DNA of 63,895 nt, filler included, from Perkinsus olseni (GCA_013115125.1; 7 parts of 7 records of this genome joined end to end with filler, not necessarily neighbours in it); one strand, 5' to 3'. Positions 36,522-50,323 are shown, counted from the first letter of the whole stretch. A program made the numbers and translations. Notes: a model not told the origin generated them from the letters alone.

Positions 36522-39500
36522 ATGCCTCACACGGACTCCGAGGAGCCTGGAGTCCTCAACCTTACCCCTTTGACTCTCGCTGGTGGAGCTGCTGCGTTGG
36601 CAGCGGCTGGCGTCTTCACCTATGCCCTGACCAGCAGGAGGCCCAAGTCGTCTGATGAGAAGCTGGGCCCTCCGGTCCCACGGGGCTCGCAAGAAGATCC
36701 GAAGATCTTGGCCGAATTGCAAGAAGCTCGCAACACAGGCATGACGCCCTATGATGGTGCTAGTGCGGCTTCCTTCGTGGCTTATCATCTCTCGGATTCT
36801 GCCTTCATCTATCCCATTACACCTTCCACTCCTCTTGGCGAGAATTGTGACCAATGGTCTGCTGCTGGTGTCAAGAATGCCTTCGGTCAGTGCACTGTGG
36901 TCAGGCAGATGCAGAGTGAGGGAGGGGCTGCCGGTGCAGTCCATGGTGCCCTTGCAGTTGGTGGTATGTCATCCACTTTCACTGCATCTCAAGGGCTTTT
37001 GTTGATGATCCCTAACCTCTACAAGATCGCTGGTGAGCTCATTCCGTGCGTTTTTCACGTACCGGCAAGAGCCATCGCTGGTCAAGCATTGTCAATTTTC
37101 GGCGACCACTCTGACATCATGGCTGTGCGTCAAACTGGTTGGGCTCTCCTCTGTGCCAGCTCCGTCCAGGAGTGTATGGATATGGCTTTGGCTGCTCACA
37201 TAGCCACGTTGAAGTCCTCGGTGCCATTCATCCACTTTTTCGATGGGTTTAGGACTTCCCATGAGATACAGAAGATCAACGATCTCACTGCTGACCAGAT
37301 GAAGTTGGTGGCCCAGATCATGTCCAAGGAGATCGACAAGCATCGCTCTCGGGCCCTCAACCCTAACCACCCGACCGTTCGTGGCACAGCCCAGTCGGCC
37401 GACATCTACTTCCAGAATGTTGAGGCCGCTAATCCCTACTATGATGCCGTGCCCGAGCATCTCTTGGGGGCTCTCGATATGATCAAGGCCTTGACTGGCA
37501 GGGAGTATCAGCTCTTCGACTATGAGGGTGACCCGAATGCTACCCATGTATTCGTCGTTATGGGAGCCGGTTCCTCTACGGTTGCCGAGACTATCGCTTA
37601 CTTGGCAAAGCGACAGCCTCGTTACAAGCTCGGCCTGGTTCGCGTGAGACTCCTGAGGCCATGGTCGGTTCCACACTTTTTGAATGCTCTTCCAGCGACG
37701 GTGCAGCGCATTTGCGTACTGGACCACTGCAAGGAAGCAGGTGCTATTGGAGAGCCCCTCTATGTTGATGTATGCGCTAGTATCCAGAAGTCAAAGAGGC
37801 CCGATATCCTGGTAAGGGGCAGTTCTTCGGCGTTTGTTACCCCGGGAGTTGGGTCTGATCGACCTTTCTTGCTCAGGTGATCGGTGGACGTTTTGGATTG
37901 GCTTCCAAGAACTTCACCCCGGGCCAAGTCTATGCAGCTGTGAGGAATCTCGTCGACGCCCGGGTGCCCAAGTCGCCGTTCACGGTTGGCATCGATGACG
38001 ACGTGAACAACATCTCTCTGGCCGTCTCGGATGAGATTTACGTGTCTGATCCCTCAACTACTCAGTGCATGTTCTGGGGCTTCGGCTCGGATGGCACGGT
38101 GGGCGCCAACAAGAACGCCATCAAGATCATAGCGGACAACACCGATCTCTATGCTCAGGGATTTTTCGCCTACGATGCCCTCAAGGCCGGCGGCGTGACA
38201 GTGTCGCATCTTCGCTTCGGTCCCCGGCCTATAGATTCGCCTTATGAGATCACTAGTGGCTGTGAATACGTCGCCGTGCACAAGAAGGAGTACGTCAAGG
38301 CGTTCGACGCTTCTCTGATCCTCGGTGCCAGCAAACCGGAGAGTATCCTCGTGTTGAACGCCCCTTGGCTGACCGTGGAAGAGCTTGATGAAGAGCTCCC
38401 ATCAAAGTTCAAGCTGATGGTGGCCGAGAAGCGTCTCAAGCTTTTCGTCATCAACGCCTCCTTGGTAGCTAAGGAGTCGGGGATGGGAAGACTCATCAAC
38501 AACATCATGCAAGCTGTGTTCTTCCGTCTCTCTGGTGTCCTCCCTTACGAGCAAGCACTACCACTTTTCGAGGCTGCGATTGAGAAGACTTACAAGAACA
38601 AGGGTGCTGATATCGTGCGCAAGAACATCCTGGCTGTGGGGTATGCCATTGACAACCTTCACAAGATTGACGTCCCGTTCAGCAGATGGATGAAGTGTGA
38701 GCGCTTGGACCACAGCAAGCCCCGTAGTGGTGAGGAGCCGGCATTCGTTCGAGATGTGTTGGATAAAATACATACTCGTCTAGGCGACTCTTTGACCGTG
38801 TCTGCCTTCCAGCCTGGTGGCACTGTCCCATTGGGCATGACGCAGTGGGGTAAGCGTGGTGTGGCTCAGGCAATCCCTGTCGTTGATATGGACAAATGTA
38901 CTCAGTGCAACAAGTGCTCAGCCATCTGCCCTCACGGTGTTATCAGACCATTCCTCGCTTCTCCTCAAGAGCTTGCCAGTGATGCTACTCCTGAAACTTT
39001 CCTGACTAAGCCAGCTACCGGTGGTAATCAAGTATCCGGCCTAGCTTTCCGTATCCAAGCCTCTCCTCTGGATTGCACCGGTTGTGAAGTCTGCGTGAAC
39101 GCTTGCCCCGACAATGCCTTGGCGATGAAGCCTTTGCCTGATGCACTGGCCGAAGGTCACAAGAACAACTGGGACTATGCTATGACTCTAGAGTCTCGTG
39201 GAGACCGCTTCGACGCTCACACCTTGAAGGGATCCCAGTTCCAACAGCCTTTACTAGAGTTCTCGGGCGCGTGTGAGGGTTGTGGCGAGACGCCTTACGC
39301 GAAGCTCCTGACTCAGATGTTCGGTAAGCGCATGGTCATTGCCAATGCTACTGGGTGCAGCTCTATTTGGGGTGCTACTGCTGGTTGGATTCCTTATACT
39401 GTTGACAAGAAGACTGGCAAGGGCCCGGCCTGGGGTAATTCACTTTTTGAAGATAATGCTGAGTACGGTATGGGCATGGCTGTTACTATGCACCACAGGC

Positions 39501-42145
39501 GGCAGCAGCTACGCCTCCGTGTACAAGAGGCGTTGGCAAATGATACCGAGGTTACCGGCGAGATCAGGCTCGTGTTACAGCAGTGGCATGATAACGCCGA
39601 CCATCCCGAGGCCTCGTCACGGTACGGTGAACGAGCTGTTGAGATCATGAATGGGATGACGCCCTTGCCGATGTGCCTCGAGGAGTGCAAGAGGCTCTCT
39701 GACCTCTTCGTTAAGACGTCTATGTGGATGCTCGGTGGTGATGGTTGGGCCAATGATATCGGCTACGGCGGCATAGATCATGTCTTGGCGCTTGGCGAAA
39801 ATGTCAATATTGTGGTATTGGATACTGAGGTCTACTCTAACACTGGTGGCCAGGGCTCGAAGGCTACTCCCATGGGAGCTGTTGCCAAGTTCATGCAGAA
39901 TGGTCGCGCCCTCCAGAAGAAGGACTTGGGTCAACTGGCTATGGCATACCCGAATGTGTATGTAGCTTCCTGCTCCATGGGCGCCAACTACTCTCAGACG
40001 GTTCGGGCTTTCCATGAAGCCGAGAAGCATTCTGGCCCATCACTTGTACTCTGCTACGCCCCCTGTATCGAGCATAGAACTAAGACGGGTCTGACTAGGA
40101 TGTCCGAAGATCAGAAGGCAGCTGTCGAGTCAGGCTACTACCCTCTTTACCGCCATGACCCCGAGCTCGCCAAGACCGGTAAGAATCCATTCCAACTCGA
40201 TTGTAAGAACATCAGGCCGGAGGTTTTGGTCCAGTTCCTGAAGAACCAGAATCGCTATGAACAGCTAGTCAGGCGCATGCCTGAGCACGCTGACGAGTTG
40301 CAAACTGAACTCAAGCACTACATCGAGAAGCGCCACAAGAAGTTGAAGGACATCGCGGCGGAGAAGACTCACTCGGCTGAAGTTCTTACCTCGGGTTTAT
40401 CGGCTGGAGTGAGGATCTACTACGGCTCGGACACTGGCACTACTGAACAGCTCGCTAAGCGGTTGTCCGGCATACTCAAGCGCCGTGGTGTCAGTGTTAA
40501 CGTTTGCACCGGTATGGACGAGTTGGTCCTTGAGGAAGCCACCCAGGCTGAGGATCTACTAGTGCTCATGACGTCTACTTGCGGTGATGGTGATATGCCA
40601 GCAGCAACCCAGGCTTTTTGGGAGCAAATGTCCGCTCTACCGAAGAATAAGAAGCTCGGTGGTCGATTCTGTATGTTCGGCATGGGTGATAGTTCTTACG
40701 AACAGTTCTGTGAAGCTGCTGTGAAGATCGACAACCGCATGGCCGAACTTGGTGTCAGTCGAGTCCTCGATATTGCCAAGGGAGATGACCGGGACGAGGA
40801 TGGCTGGGCTACTGCCTTCGACCAGTGGTTGCCTGTGCTCTGTGAAGAGGTCGGTGCTAAGCCAGAGGAAGAGGAAGAGTACGAGGCCTTGTTTGAGGTT
40901 ACTTGTCTGCCTGTTACTGCTATTGAGAAGCAGTTGCCTTATCACCGTATAGTACCTCCGGGCTCTCATGCCGTCCCTGTGCGGGAGAACCGCCGTATGA
41001 CACCAATGGAGTATGAGCGTGACATTCGTCACATCGTGCTGGACATCAGTGCTGTGGACCTCCCCTTCAGGCTTGGTGATGCCATCACGCTTTATCCACA
41101 GAACCTGAGGGAGGATGTCGACAAGCTCTTCGATGAAGTGTTGGTGCATCTAGACCGTAACGATGTTGTCTCTGTGAAGTGTCTCTCTGAGGACGTACCG
41201 GCACGTCTGCACTCTGCCTTCACGGCCCGGATGCCTACCAAGCAGATCTTCACGGAGCTGCTCGACATCTTTGGTAAGCCCAGTCGGAGCTTCTATAAGC
41301 AACTGGCTCGTATAAGCTGTGATGAGGGAGAATCCAAGCAGCTCAATGATATAGCTAATGATGACGTTAAGTTCAAGAAGTTGTTGGGAAAGAGCGTTTC
41401 TTATGCGGAGGTTCTCAAGATGTTCCCAAAATCTGCCAAGTCCATGACGTTGGTCAACTTCCTCGAGACGGTGCCTCTGTTGAAGCCTCGGCTCTACTCG
41501 ATCGCTAACAGCTCCTTCTATTCGCCTGGCATCGTCGAGCTCACTGTTGTCATCAACAGATGGACCACCTCTGATGGTAGACTTCTCACTGGTACCAGTA
41601 CTAAGTACTTGGGCTTCAGTAACGACACTAAGGTGTGCGTCTCCGTGGCGAGTGGAACCTTCGTCTTCCCTGAGGATGAGCGTACTCCAATGGTTATGTC
41701 TGCCTTGGGAACTGGTATAGCCCCTATGAGAGCCTTTGTTCAGGATCGTATGTACAAGCGGAAGGTCCTCGGGATGGATACTGGTCCAATGATAGTCTTC
41801 TATGGATGTCGTCATGAGAAGGAGGAGTTCTTGTACAGAGATGAGTGGAAGGCCTTTACGGAAGCTGGGGTGTTGACCAAGGTCATCAACGCCTTCTCTC
41901 ATGATCAAGACCATATGATATTCGTGCAGCATAAGATGGCTGAGAACCCTGAGCTATTGTACAAGTATATCCAGCAACTTGGTGGCTACTTCTACTTCTG
42001 TGGACCGTCTGTAGCTGTTCCCGATGTGGAGGCCGCAGTGAAGAATGCGGTACGTACAGTTGGCAAGATGACAGAGGATGAGGTGGAGTTGTGGTTCGAG
42101 AATGACATTAAGGCGAAGAAGAGATACTCCACTGAGGCGTATTAG
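36522..42145 (+). CDS. PNO: Pyruvate:NADP+ oxidoreductase (PFO fused to flavodoxin + FNR, cytochrome P450 reductase-like), ~1852 aa, one intron 37812-37876
   Basis: PFO motifs IYPITPS, QMQSEGGAAG, FTASQGLLLM, FDGFRTSHE, GSDGTVGANK; two CxxCxxCxxxCP ferredoxin motifs; GACEGCGETPY; TPP motif GGDGWANDIG; flavodoxin YGSDTGTT and FGMGDSSY; FNR PRLYSIA, GTGIAPMRAF, YGCR. Confidence 0.97.
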
Positions 42146-42892
42146 AGGCTATCGACGTCCTGACTTAATGATCTAAGGCTGGTGCCGTTGCCCTCCACGG
42201 TGTTCAAGTTGACTGTCTGGTGGGTCATGGTCTCGCCACCAGTTTTTGCCGCAGCTACTGGTAGCCCGTAGCGAGCAACGGTCCACCACCTCCTGTTTGT
42301 CACCAGTGTTTGCCAGAGTTCTGTTACCATCTATGTGGGTATACGCAACCCACCTGAGGATCTGATTTTTATTGAATTTTTCGGCGGCCTTTGTAAGACG
42401 TGGCTGCCCCAGTAGAAGCGGCAGGATAGGGCGTTATGCTGCTAATGGCTGATCTGTCAGCCTAGCTTATTATAAATACTTGCTGCTACTTGGACGTATC
42501 GCATTGGTTGTTGTGTTGTAGTCACGCTGAGGTAACATGAGAGAGTATACACGACGAACGCGACGATTGTTGGTGGGCCTGGATGAGCAGCAGTAGCTAC
42601 AGACCTCCAGTGTAGTTTAGGTCTAGTGTTATGGCCTCCTCGTCGAGTAAGCAGCAGCCTACAGGGTCTCTCCATGCTCAACGGTCTAATGAATGGGCCG
42701 AGAAGTGTAGAATATTGATGGACGAGAATGCAGAGGAAGACAAGCATAAGGCTGATATGGTACTAGTGAGTAGGAGTGTCGCTGTTTAAGCAGTAGAAAT
42801 GATACGAGGGACTTGGTTCACTGTCGCTCCGCTATCTCCTTGAACTGCCGTCGCTTACATAGTGTTGGGAAGCTCAGGTCCTCCAGCGGTAT

Positions 42893-43152
42893 TTGACTCT
42901 AGTCGAGCAACAGTTTGAGGGCATCCTATCCAATATACCAGATGGGGTTCTCAACATGAAAGTGAGAATTACTCTGCCTGTGCATGCCACCATTGTGTGG
43001 GGCTTGGTCCCCGATACCGGGACCTACACCATAGGCTCTTCCGGGTTTGTCATAGGTATCAGAAGTAGATCCGAAGGCACTGAGGCCGATAGCGCGTATA
43101 CTCAGGGCGCGGGACGAGTCACCCGACTCCTCAGAGAACCGAGAGCCTAATA
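42893..43152 (+). CDS. Small spliced hypothetical protein (3' exons), weakly Borealin/Nbl1-N-like
   Basis: QQFEGILSNIPDGVLNMK, a GT-AG intron, then VSEVDPKALRPIARIL. The family resemblance is by eye only. Confidence 0.3.
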
Positions 43153-43876
43153 GGTAATGTAGACGTTTGAGACAGCTATTATGTCTAGCGCCGTTTGACA
43201 GTCTGTGATCTCCAGGCCGGCCGATTTGCCTCCTCGTCCGCAAGCCTCTGGCCCTGTGGTTGCTACTCCTAGAGATGCGAAGCATGAGGTTAGTAGTGAA
43301 TGGAATGGCGGGGGTGGCGGGCTGGTGAGGATCTTTTGACGTCTAATCACCCTGAGTATTCCACATCTTTTCTCAAGGTGTACAGCATGAAGAAACTGTT
43401 TGGTGGCGGAGGAGGCAATAAGACGGATCCTAGCCCAGCACGCGCGTTGAAGCCCCGAGTACTCTAGCGGGTGTAGGAGGCTGAACACGTCGCCGGGCTT
43501 GAGATAATTAGCATTCGTCGCATATGCAGTGGGTTCTTGTGTTGATCACAGCTGATAGAAGATGCTTCTGTCCGAATGCATCCTTCGCGTTATCAACACC
43601 TCCGAAAAGTCGTTTCGTCGAATTGACTTCGTTTGGATGAAGGCACTCAAACCTTGTAGGACAGAAGGATCTCGTGCTCACGCGCCAGATTCCTGCGCAG
43701 CACCAAGGTCATGCTTGGCCAGGAGCAGGAGAGTACGTTCTCAACTTACTTTACGCAAAGGCCTAGCCAACACAAGTGCTAGACTGGTGTGTCCCGTGTG
43801 TTCGGTATTGATTTCTCTTCCTCACTCAATCAGGCTTGCCTCCTACAGTTTGTAGATTGTTGTTCCCCTTAGTCTC

Positions 43877-45090
43877 ATGGCCCTTTGTTGTAAGCGGCGG
43901 CGTACAGCCTCAGCTCCTGGGAGACCAACGACTATATCGTTCTTCAAGCTCTTCAGCCTCGCTTCTAGAACTGACTGGATTCTATTGGCTGTTGGAGTCT
44001 TCGCAGCCTCTATCAACGGCGCCGCCTTCCCAGCGTTCTCTTTGTTCATAGGCGACTTCATGGACGAGGTCGGGACCAGTTTCGCGACGGGAGATGTCAC
44101 GGGTATCCTCAGCAACGTCCGAACGGTTTCGCTGCGACTCGTTGTGGTCGCGGCTGTCGCATTTTGCAGTGCATTTGCCTGGGACGCCATCTTCACCTAC
44201 TGCTCTACCACCATTACTACTCGCATTCGAATTGGGTACTTCCGCGCGGTGCTGAACCAAGATGTGTCTTGGTTTGACCAGGAGACTCCTGCAGCTTTGC
44301 CGTCTAGGATGAACGAAGATATTTTCAAAGTACAGGAGGCCATTGGTTATCGTGTCGGTCTTACCGTGGCCAACTTCTTCCAGTTCGCATTTGGCTACGG
44401 TGTGGGGCTCTACAGAGGCTGGCAACTAGCTCTGGTGATGATGTCGACGATGCCTTTGCTCACTGCATCCATCGCAGTACTATCTAGGAGGATTGCCAAG
44501 AAGACTGCAAGGGCTCAGGATTTCTACGCGGAGGCCGGCGCTGTTGCAGAAGAGGTCGGTAGGGTGAGTGGGATGTCCCACGGACGAGATATTTGCATAA
44601 CTTAACCTGCGCCTCCTGCTACCTTCAGCCGCTAGGCTCAGTAGCAGGCCGGTATCCTAAAGAATTGTTTAATAGTGTATATGGCCCTTCGGTGTATACG
44701 ATACAGTGCCAGGCTGGCGGTGCCAGCCAGCCTGGAGGATAGTGATGTTGCCTTCTATCAGGTACTCTCGGCAATGAAGACCGTTGTTGCTTTCGGTGCC
44801 GAGAAGCGTGAAACTGAGAGGTACGGTGCGAAGCTTGTCGCAGCTCGAGACGGCGAGATTAGGGCTGGATTCCATAGTGGAGTCATGACGGGCATTGTAT
44901 TTCTCTCCATCTTCTTCACCTACGCCCTGGTATTCTGGTATGGTGGCAAACTTATTTACGATGGCACCAACAATCCCTCTACCGGTGAGCCTTACAATGG
45001 AGGTAACGTCATCACCGTCTACTTCGCCTGCATTATGGCGACATTTGCATTGGGGCAGATAGCCCCCAATATATCCTTTTTCATCGAGGG
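43877..45090 (+). CDS. ABCB (MDR/P-glycoprotein) transporter, first TMD, truncated by contig end; intron 44555-44761
   Basis: ISFFKLF, YFRAVLNQDVSWFD, GWQLALVM, YAEAGAVAEE-VLSAMKTVVAFGAEKRE, YALVFWYGG. Confidence 0.92.
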
Positions 45091-45190
45091 NNNNNNNNNN
45101 NNNNNNNNNNNNNNNNNNNNNNNNNNNNNNNNNNTTAATTAATTAANNNNNNNNNNNNNNNNNNNNNNNNNNNNNNNNNNNNNNNNNNNN
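45091..45190. other. Artificial contig linker
   Basis: N-run with TTAATTAATTAA. Confidence 0.98.
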
Positions 45191-46126
45191 ATATGTGACT
45201 GTCGTGTTATCAAGTTGGTTTGAATCTTCTTCACAATATTGAAATGCCGCTGAGGGAGTTTAAACGGCTGAAAGACATTGAAATTCGCAACTCCGGAGCG
45301 CTGTAGAAGAATACATGTCGATTAGAATGGCGTGCGCGGAAATCACGCGCTGACAGCACTACCCTCCATCGCGCTTATTCCTGGCATATTTCTCCACGAG
45401 CGTGAGGGGCATAAACGGGTGCGAAAGGTCTTCGATTGCCACTGTATCCTCTGCGTCCATAGTCTTCATGCTGAAAACGTGAGCAATTCTTACGGTTTCC
45501 ATTTTACAATTAGCTTTTTGGCATTCTATTCCCCACCACCACCTCCACAGCCATGGCTTCGTCATCGACTACCTTTTGGCTGGCCTACATCTTCATATGC
45601 TGGTGGGTGCTTGGCCCAGCTGTGCATGCAGTGAGGGAGGGTTTGGAGGCATTCAGAAGATCTACTGCTCCCCTGTGTGGTGATGCCCCAATTGACATCG
45701 TATCGGGAGGCCTGCTGATTTTCCTGTGGTCAGTCTCATGGTTATGGTTCAACCGTTACTTCTCAGTTCCGTGCACACTCGCTAATTCGAGTACCATAAT
45801 CAGTATCACTTGAACTGCTCTCCGTGATACTATTGTCTGCTGCCCGTCTATCGCTTGAACTGGGGTCCGAGCTCTGAACTCGGGAGCCGAGAACGTTATT
45901 TCCTGTGACAAATTTTTTCTTATCAAATTCATAACCTACGGAAGGCAGGTCTCCCTTTATTCAAGAGTAGATGTTATTGAAGTTTCGTATCGACAGAGCG
46001 GAGGTAGAGCAGTCAATTGGCGGGTATAGGCAATACCCAGCTCTCACGACAAACATGTTCTCTGCTCCAGCCTTGACGGTTCAGACAGAACTAAACCCTA
46101 GCGGTGCGGGATAGTCTTTCCGTCAG

Positions 46127-47880
46127 TTGTTCCATGGCCTGATGAGTCTTCTGGATGATGCCATTGCCCGATACGAAGAGTCCAGAGAGCTGTTGTCAGT
46201 CGACGATGACCCTGTGAACCAGATGGTCATATCTTCACTCTTCGAGAGTGAGGGCTTTGTGGTTCACCAAGCCATGGATGGCTTTGAAGCTCTCGAGCAC
46301 ATGCAGAACAATCCGCTGCCGGACCTTATCCTCCTCGATGTTATGATGCCTGGAATGAGCGGTTATGAAGTACTCGATACCCTCAGAGCCGAGTAATGCC
46401 GCGGAAGCCGAAGGACGGCTACTGTAGCTGCCTGTCAGGTACCCTCCAGATCTGCCGGTGGTCATGATATCCGCTAAGGCCGCTGTTGCTGATAAAGTGG
46501 AGGGTGTCGAACACTTCTGTAGGCTAGGCATGGTCTGACAGTCTCGCATCGCCACTCGCCGGCAGGTAATGATTACCAGACAAAACCTTTTGAAAAGGAG
46601 GAGCTCCTGGCCAGAGTTCGATGCCTCATCATACTGAGGCATATGATAAATGCTCATTTTGCGGGAGGTGTGGGAGGGGGGGACGGCGGAGGAGGAGGGA
46701 GTGATCAAACTTCAAGTAGGAAAGACTAGATAGACGACCAGTGATGCAGCTGCTGAGCTCGTGCTTTTTGGGATAGTGCTGAGCTCCAGTCGGTCCCGGC
46801 TCACATGCTGTCGTCCGTTTAGTGATGAAGGCCTTGCCACCTCACATTGCTGAGAAGATCAAGCAAGGCGAGTCGAATATTAGTGAAAAATACGACAAAG
46901 CCTCCTTCCTTTATGTGGTCTTCGATAAGTAAGACGATGTGGCAGGCCGCCCGTGCTTTATTGGACATCGGCGTTCTAGGTTCGCAGAAGTAGCAGAAGC
47001 CATCCCGTTGCCACAGCTGCTGACGTTACTGAATAAGTTGCAGACATCATTCGAGGAAGCGCGCGAGACCAGTAGGTCATCGCCGATGGGATTTTGCTTG
47101 GCGTTGCCGCGACTTCCGGTCACGAGCTCCTCCGTGTGGTATCACAGTCACGTCTCGTAATCTACACGAACGGACGCGGGAATCACGCCAGTAGCTGTGC
47201 TGTAGACCCACTAGGGAGGTGTCCGGGAACACTGCTGCTGTCTTCAATGATCATCATTAGGCTTTGAAGCGATACACTTGAAGTTTGTGGGTGTCAACAC
47301 AATCGCCGTCGCCGGCTTCGACGACGAGAGTGCGAACTGCGAGGAGCTACTCTGTGGGTTCGGCCAAGAGTGCTTAGCCAGAGCTGCTGAGGTCAGCAGG
47401 ACGCGAGGCCAAGCATCCTACAGTGACTCGCTCTCAGATTATGTTAGGAGATTATCCTATCTCCAAGTTGATGAAGATTGGCATACATACTGGACCAGCA
47501 TTTGCAGGTACTGTGCTCTTCACTCGAAGCAGTGTGTTACGCGACTTCCACACCATTGGGTGCTGGAAACGCCCTGATGCCCGTATGCGTGATGGAGACG
47601 CTCATACTTGCGTGTAGGTCTCATTGGTAGCGCATTCGCCTTCATGGGGTCACCGTCGCAGCTGTCCAGGCAACTGGCATTGGGAGGCGTTTGTGGGTGA
47701 GGGGAGGAAGCTAAGGTGCTGATACGATGGTCGGCACCCGACACTGCTATCAGACACGTCCATGTTTCCAAGCCCACCAAGGAGGGTGCGGAGGCCTCGG
47801 CTCCCGGCTCGTTCCACTTCGGAGAGAGAGGCACCATCAAGATAGGAGATGAGTTCGTGGAGACATTCCTTGTGAAACGG
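46127..47880 (+). CDS. Response-regulator receiver domain plus degenerate class III nucleotide cyclase domain, multi-exon (5' exon possibly at 45553)
   Basis: REC: LSVDDDPVNQ, PDLILLDVMMPGMSGYEV, PVVMISAK, DYQTKPFEKEELLARV. Cyclase-like: LPPHIAEKIKQG, LLTLLNKL, MKIGIHTGPAFAG. Confidence 0.8.
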
Positions 47881-47899
47881 TAAGTGGCCCTTTGAGCAG

Positions 47900-50323
47900 A
47901 AGGCGCTGATGCTTGATGAGCTCAGATCGGAAGATGAAGACTTGTCAGAGTACAAGACAGAGGCCTCGTTGAATAACAGCGGAGGGGATACAGTAGCCTA
48001 CTGGTTGCGGGTGAGGGTATGTGGATGGGGGACAACTGTTCAGGCGGAAGGACTCCAGAAGAGAGTGAAGGAACTGGAGGCTCAGCTCAAAAATATGATG
48101 TCTGGTAGGATTGAGCCTGCGACCTCTCCGCTCCTGCAGCGCTAGTATCTCAGGGGATGGTGGCGATGACGCCGAGGATTCTCTCGCCAAGGACGTAGCG
48201 AAGTCAGGCCAGGTTCCTGTCTGGGCGTGCAATGGTAAGTCAGGGTCTACGTAGAAGTGTTAAAGGTGTTCTCTCGAAAGGTATAGCGGAGCCTTTGGAA
48301 AGTCTCATGGCGGCTTTAGAGGCCACCGTCTGTACTGGAGACAAGGGCAAACAAGACGATGGAGGAGAGGCACCAGTCGTGACCAGCCTAAGAGCTGTTG
48401 AGGTAATGAGCATGTGCGGGTGGGGCTGGGAAGACGGGACGAGATTGTCAGGGCGAGATTGGAAAGCTCTTCGAAGCCATCAACGCCATTGAGGCTGAAT
48501 CGAGGGCGACTCAGAAGACGGTGCAAGATGTGGCATCGGGGAAGGTATCTGGAAGGGGGGAGTCTGGCTGAATTGCTAGTATGGGCTTTGCGTTTCAGGT
48601 GGCATTGAAGGGGGATAATGTGAAGGGAGCTGGTGGATTCAACCTAGCAGATGGTAAGCCACTGTGGGTTACCCGAGCATAACTGCGGCCTTCTCAGAGG
48701 ATCGGGAGACCCTGAACACTATTCTCGAGGGGTTGGACGCTGAATTCACGAAGCTGCAGGATGGAACACCCAAAGCACCAGCTAGCGGCGTTGGTGTGTC
48801 ACCAGGTGGGCATCCTCCCCTCAAGCCCTAGCTGCTCATGCATGGTTTTTGTAGGAGAAGTGGACGCCATCGTGAAAGAGATCGAGACGGTTATGAAGAC
48901 TGTTGGGTCTCTCGAGAAGATCTGTCAGGACAACACTGCAGCTGTAATGTCTATTGCGGAGTCCTGCGCTCCGCTCTCATCGAGTCCGCGTTTGATTCCG
49001 GCAGGTAAAAGAAGCCAAGAGCCTTATAGACGAGAAGCAGAAAGAGATAGAATCCTTCACGGCTGGAGGGGCTTCCGAAGCCGCTAAAGCGAAGGATGAC
49101 GGAACGGACTTCTTCGCTGGTCAGTCAGACGCTTGAGTTCTAGAGGAACATCGTGTATCTTCAGACGCGGCGCTCACGGGCACTGGGGAGGGCCAAGCGG
49201 CAAGCGGAGAGCCGACGGTGCCGGCTTCCGAGCTAGCTGCAGTGAAGAAGGAGCTCGAGGATACCAAAGCCGTAGGGGTGTCGACCTTCATGCTATTCAT
49301 CGATGTCTCCAGGCACTCATCTCGGCCAAGACCGCTGCTGCCACTTCTGGTGGTGGTGGCGGGGTGGAGGCCATGATGGGAATGATGTCGGCCATGATGC
49401 AGCAGCAGAACCATGCGGCACATTCTCAGAAGGTGGGATCCTCATCTATCGGGGGGATATCTAGGGGACCTTCTCAGGAGCCTTCCCGGGGAGCTGACGC
49501 CGGGGCTGGTGGAGGTGGGCACCTCTTGCTGTCGATTATGTAGCCAACTCTGATATTGTGAGGTGCCGGCGGCGTTATCAAGATCCAGCTCGAGGCCTTG
49601 GAGGCGGAATGTGATAGACTTCGCCATGATGCAGCGCAGGCGAAGAGCCTCGCTACTGAGGTGGTGTTTTTGAAGAGGCAGGTTGCCGGTGAGAGGAGGC
49701 ATAGTAGGCGGAGGTCCACTGTGTGATGATTATGCCACGCAGAGCTGGAAATGGAAGGGACGATGAAGAACACAGATGCTGATACTGTGGAGTCGCTGAA
49801 GGTCCAAGCGGAGAACTCAGTGAGGCTCATGGTAGCTTCCGCGCCTCCCTGCCGATGGTGTGCAAACCGGAGGTACTCTCGTCCAGACTGTTACTGATGG
49901 AGAGGCAGATGCTGGATATTAAGGCACGGAACAAGGTGCTCGAGGACAAGCTCGCAGTAGGAGGCGACTGCTCACGGTAGCTGCCCCCTACACATCTCCT
50001 CAGCTTGTCGGGCGAACGGCGAATGACGATAAGATAAAGCAGATCGTCAACGACGCCGATCTTACCTTGAAGGATGACCTGGATGGTGAGGGTGGCTTAC
50101 ACTACAACTCAGGGGAATCTTCCTTGTGACAGTAGATACCCCGACCGTCTCAACTTTGGCCACACTGCTGGCGATGAGCAACAGGGCTCAGGAGGAGATG
50201 CGGCAACAGATGGAGATGCTCATAGAACAATCCAGGGAGTAGGGATTCACGATCATCTGTACCCCTGACGAGCCTCCATCAGGCAGCAGACACAGAGGCC
50301 TGCACTGGGCTTCGCTGGTCTGA
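47900..50323 (+). CDS. Coiled-coil-rich exons, probably the C-terminal part of the REC/cyclase gene
   Basis: Series of short heptad-rich exons (LQKRVKELEAQLK, QLEALEAECDRLR, LLAMSNRAQEEMRQQME) between ~50-nt GT-AG introns; boundaries approximate. Confidence 0.5.

Noticed and set aside
37092-41932. Long antisense ORFs within PNO
   Set aside because: These are shadow ORFs produced by codon bias of the sense gene.
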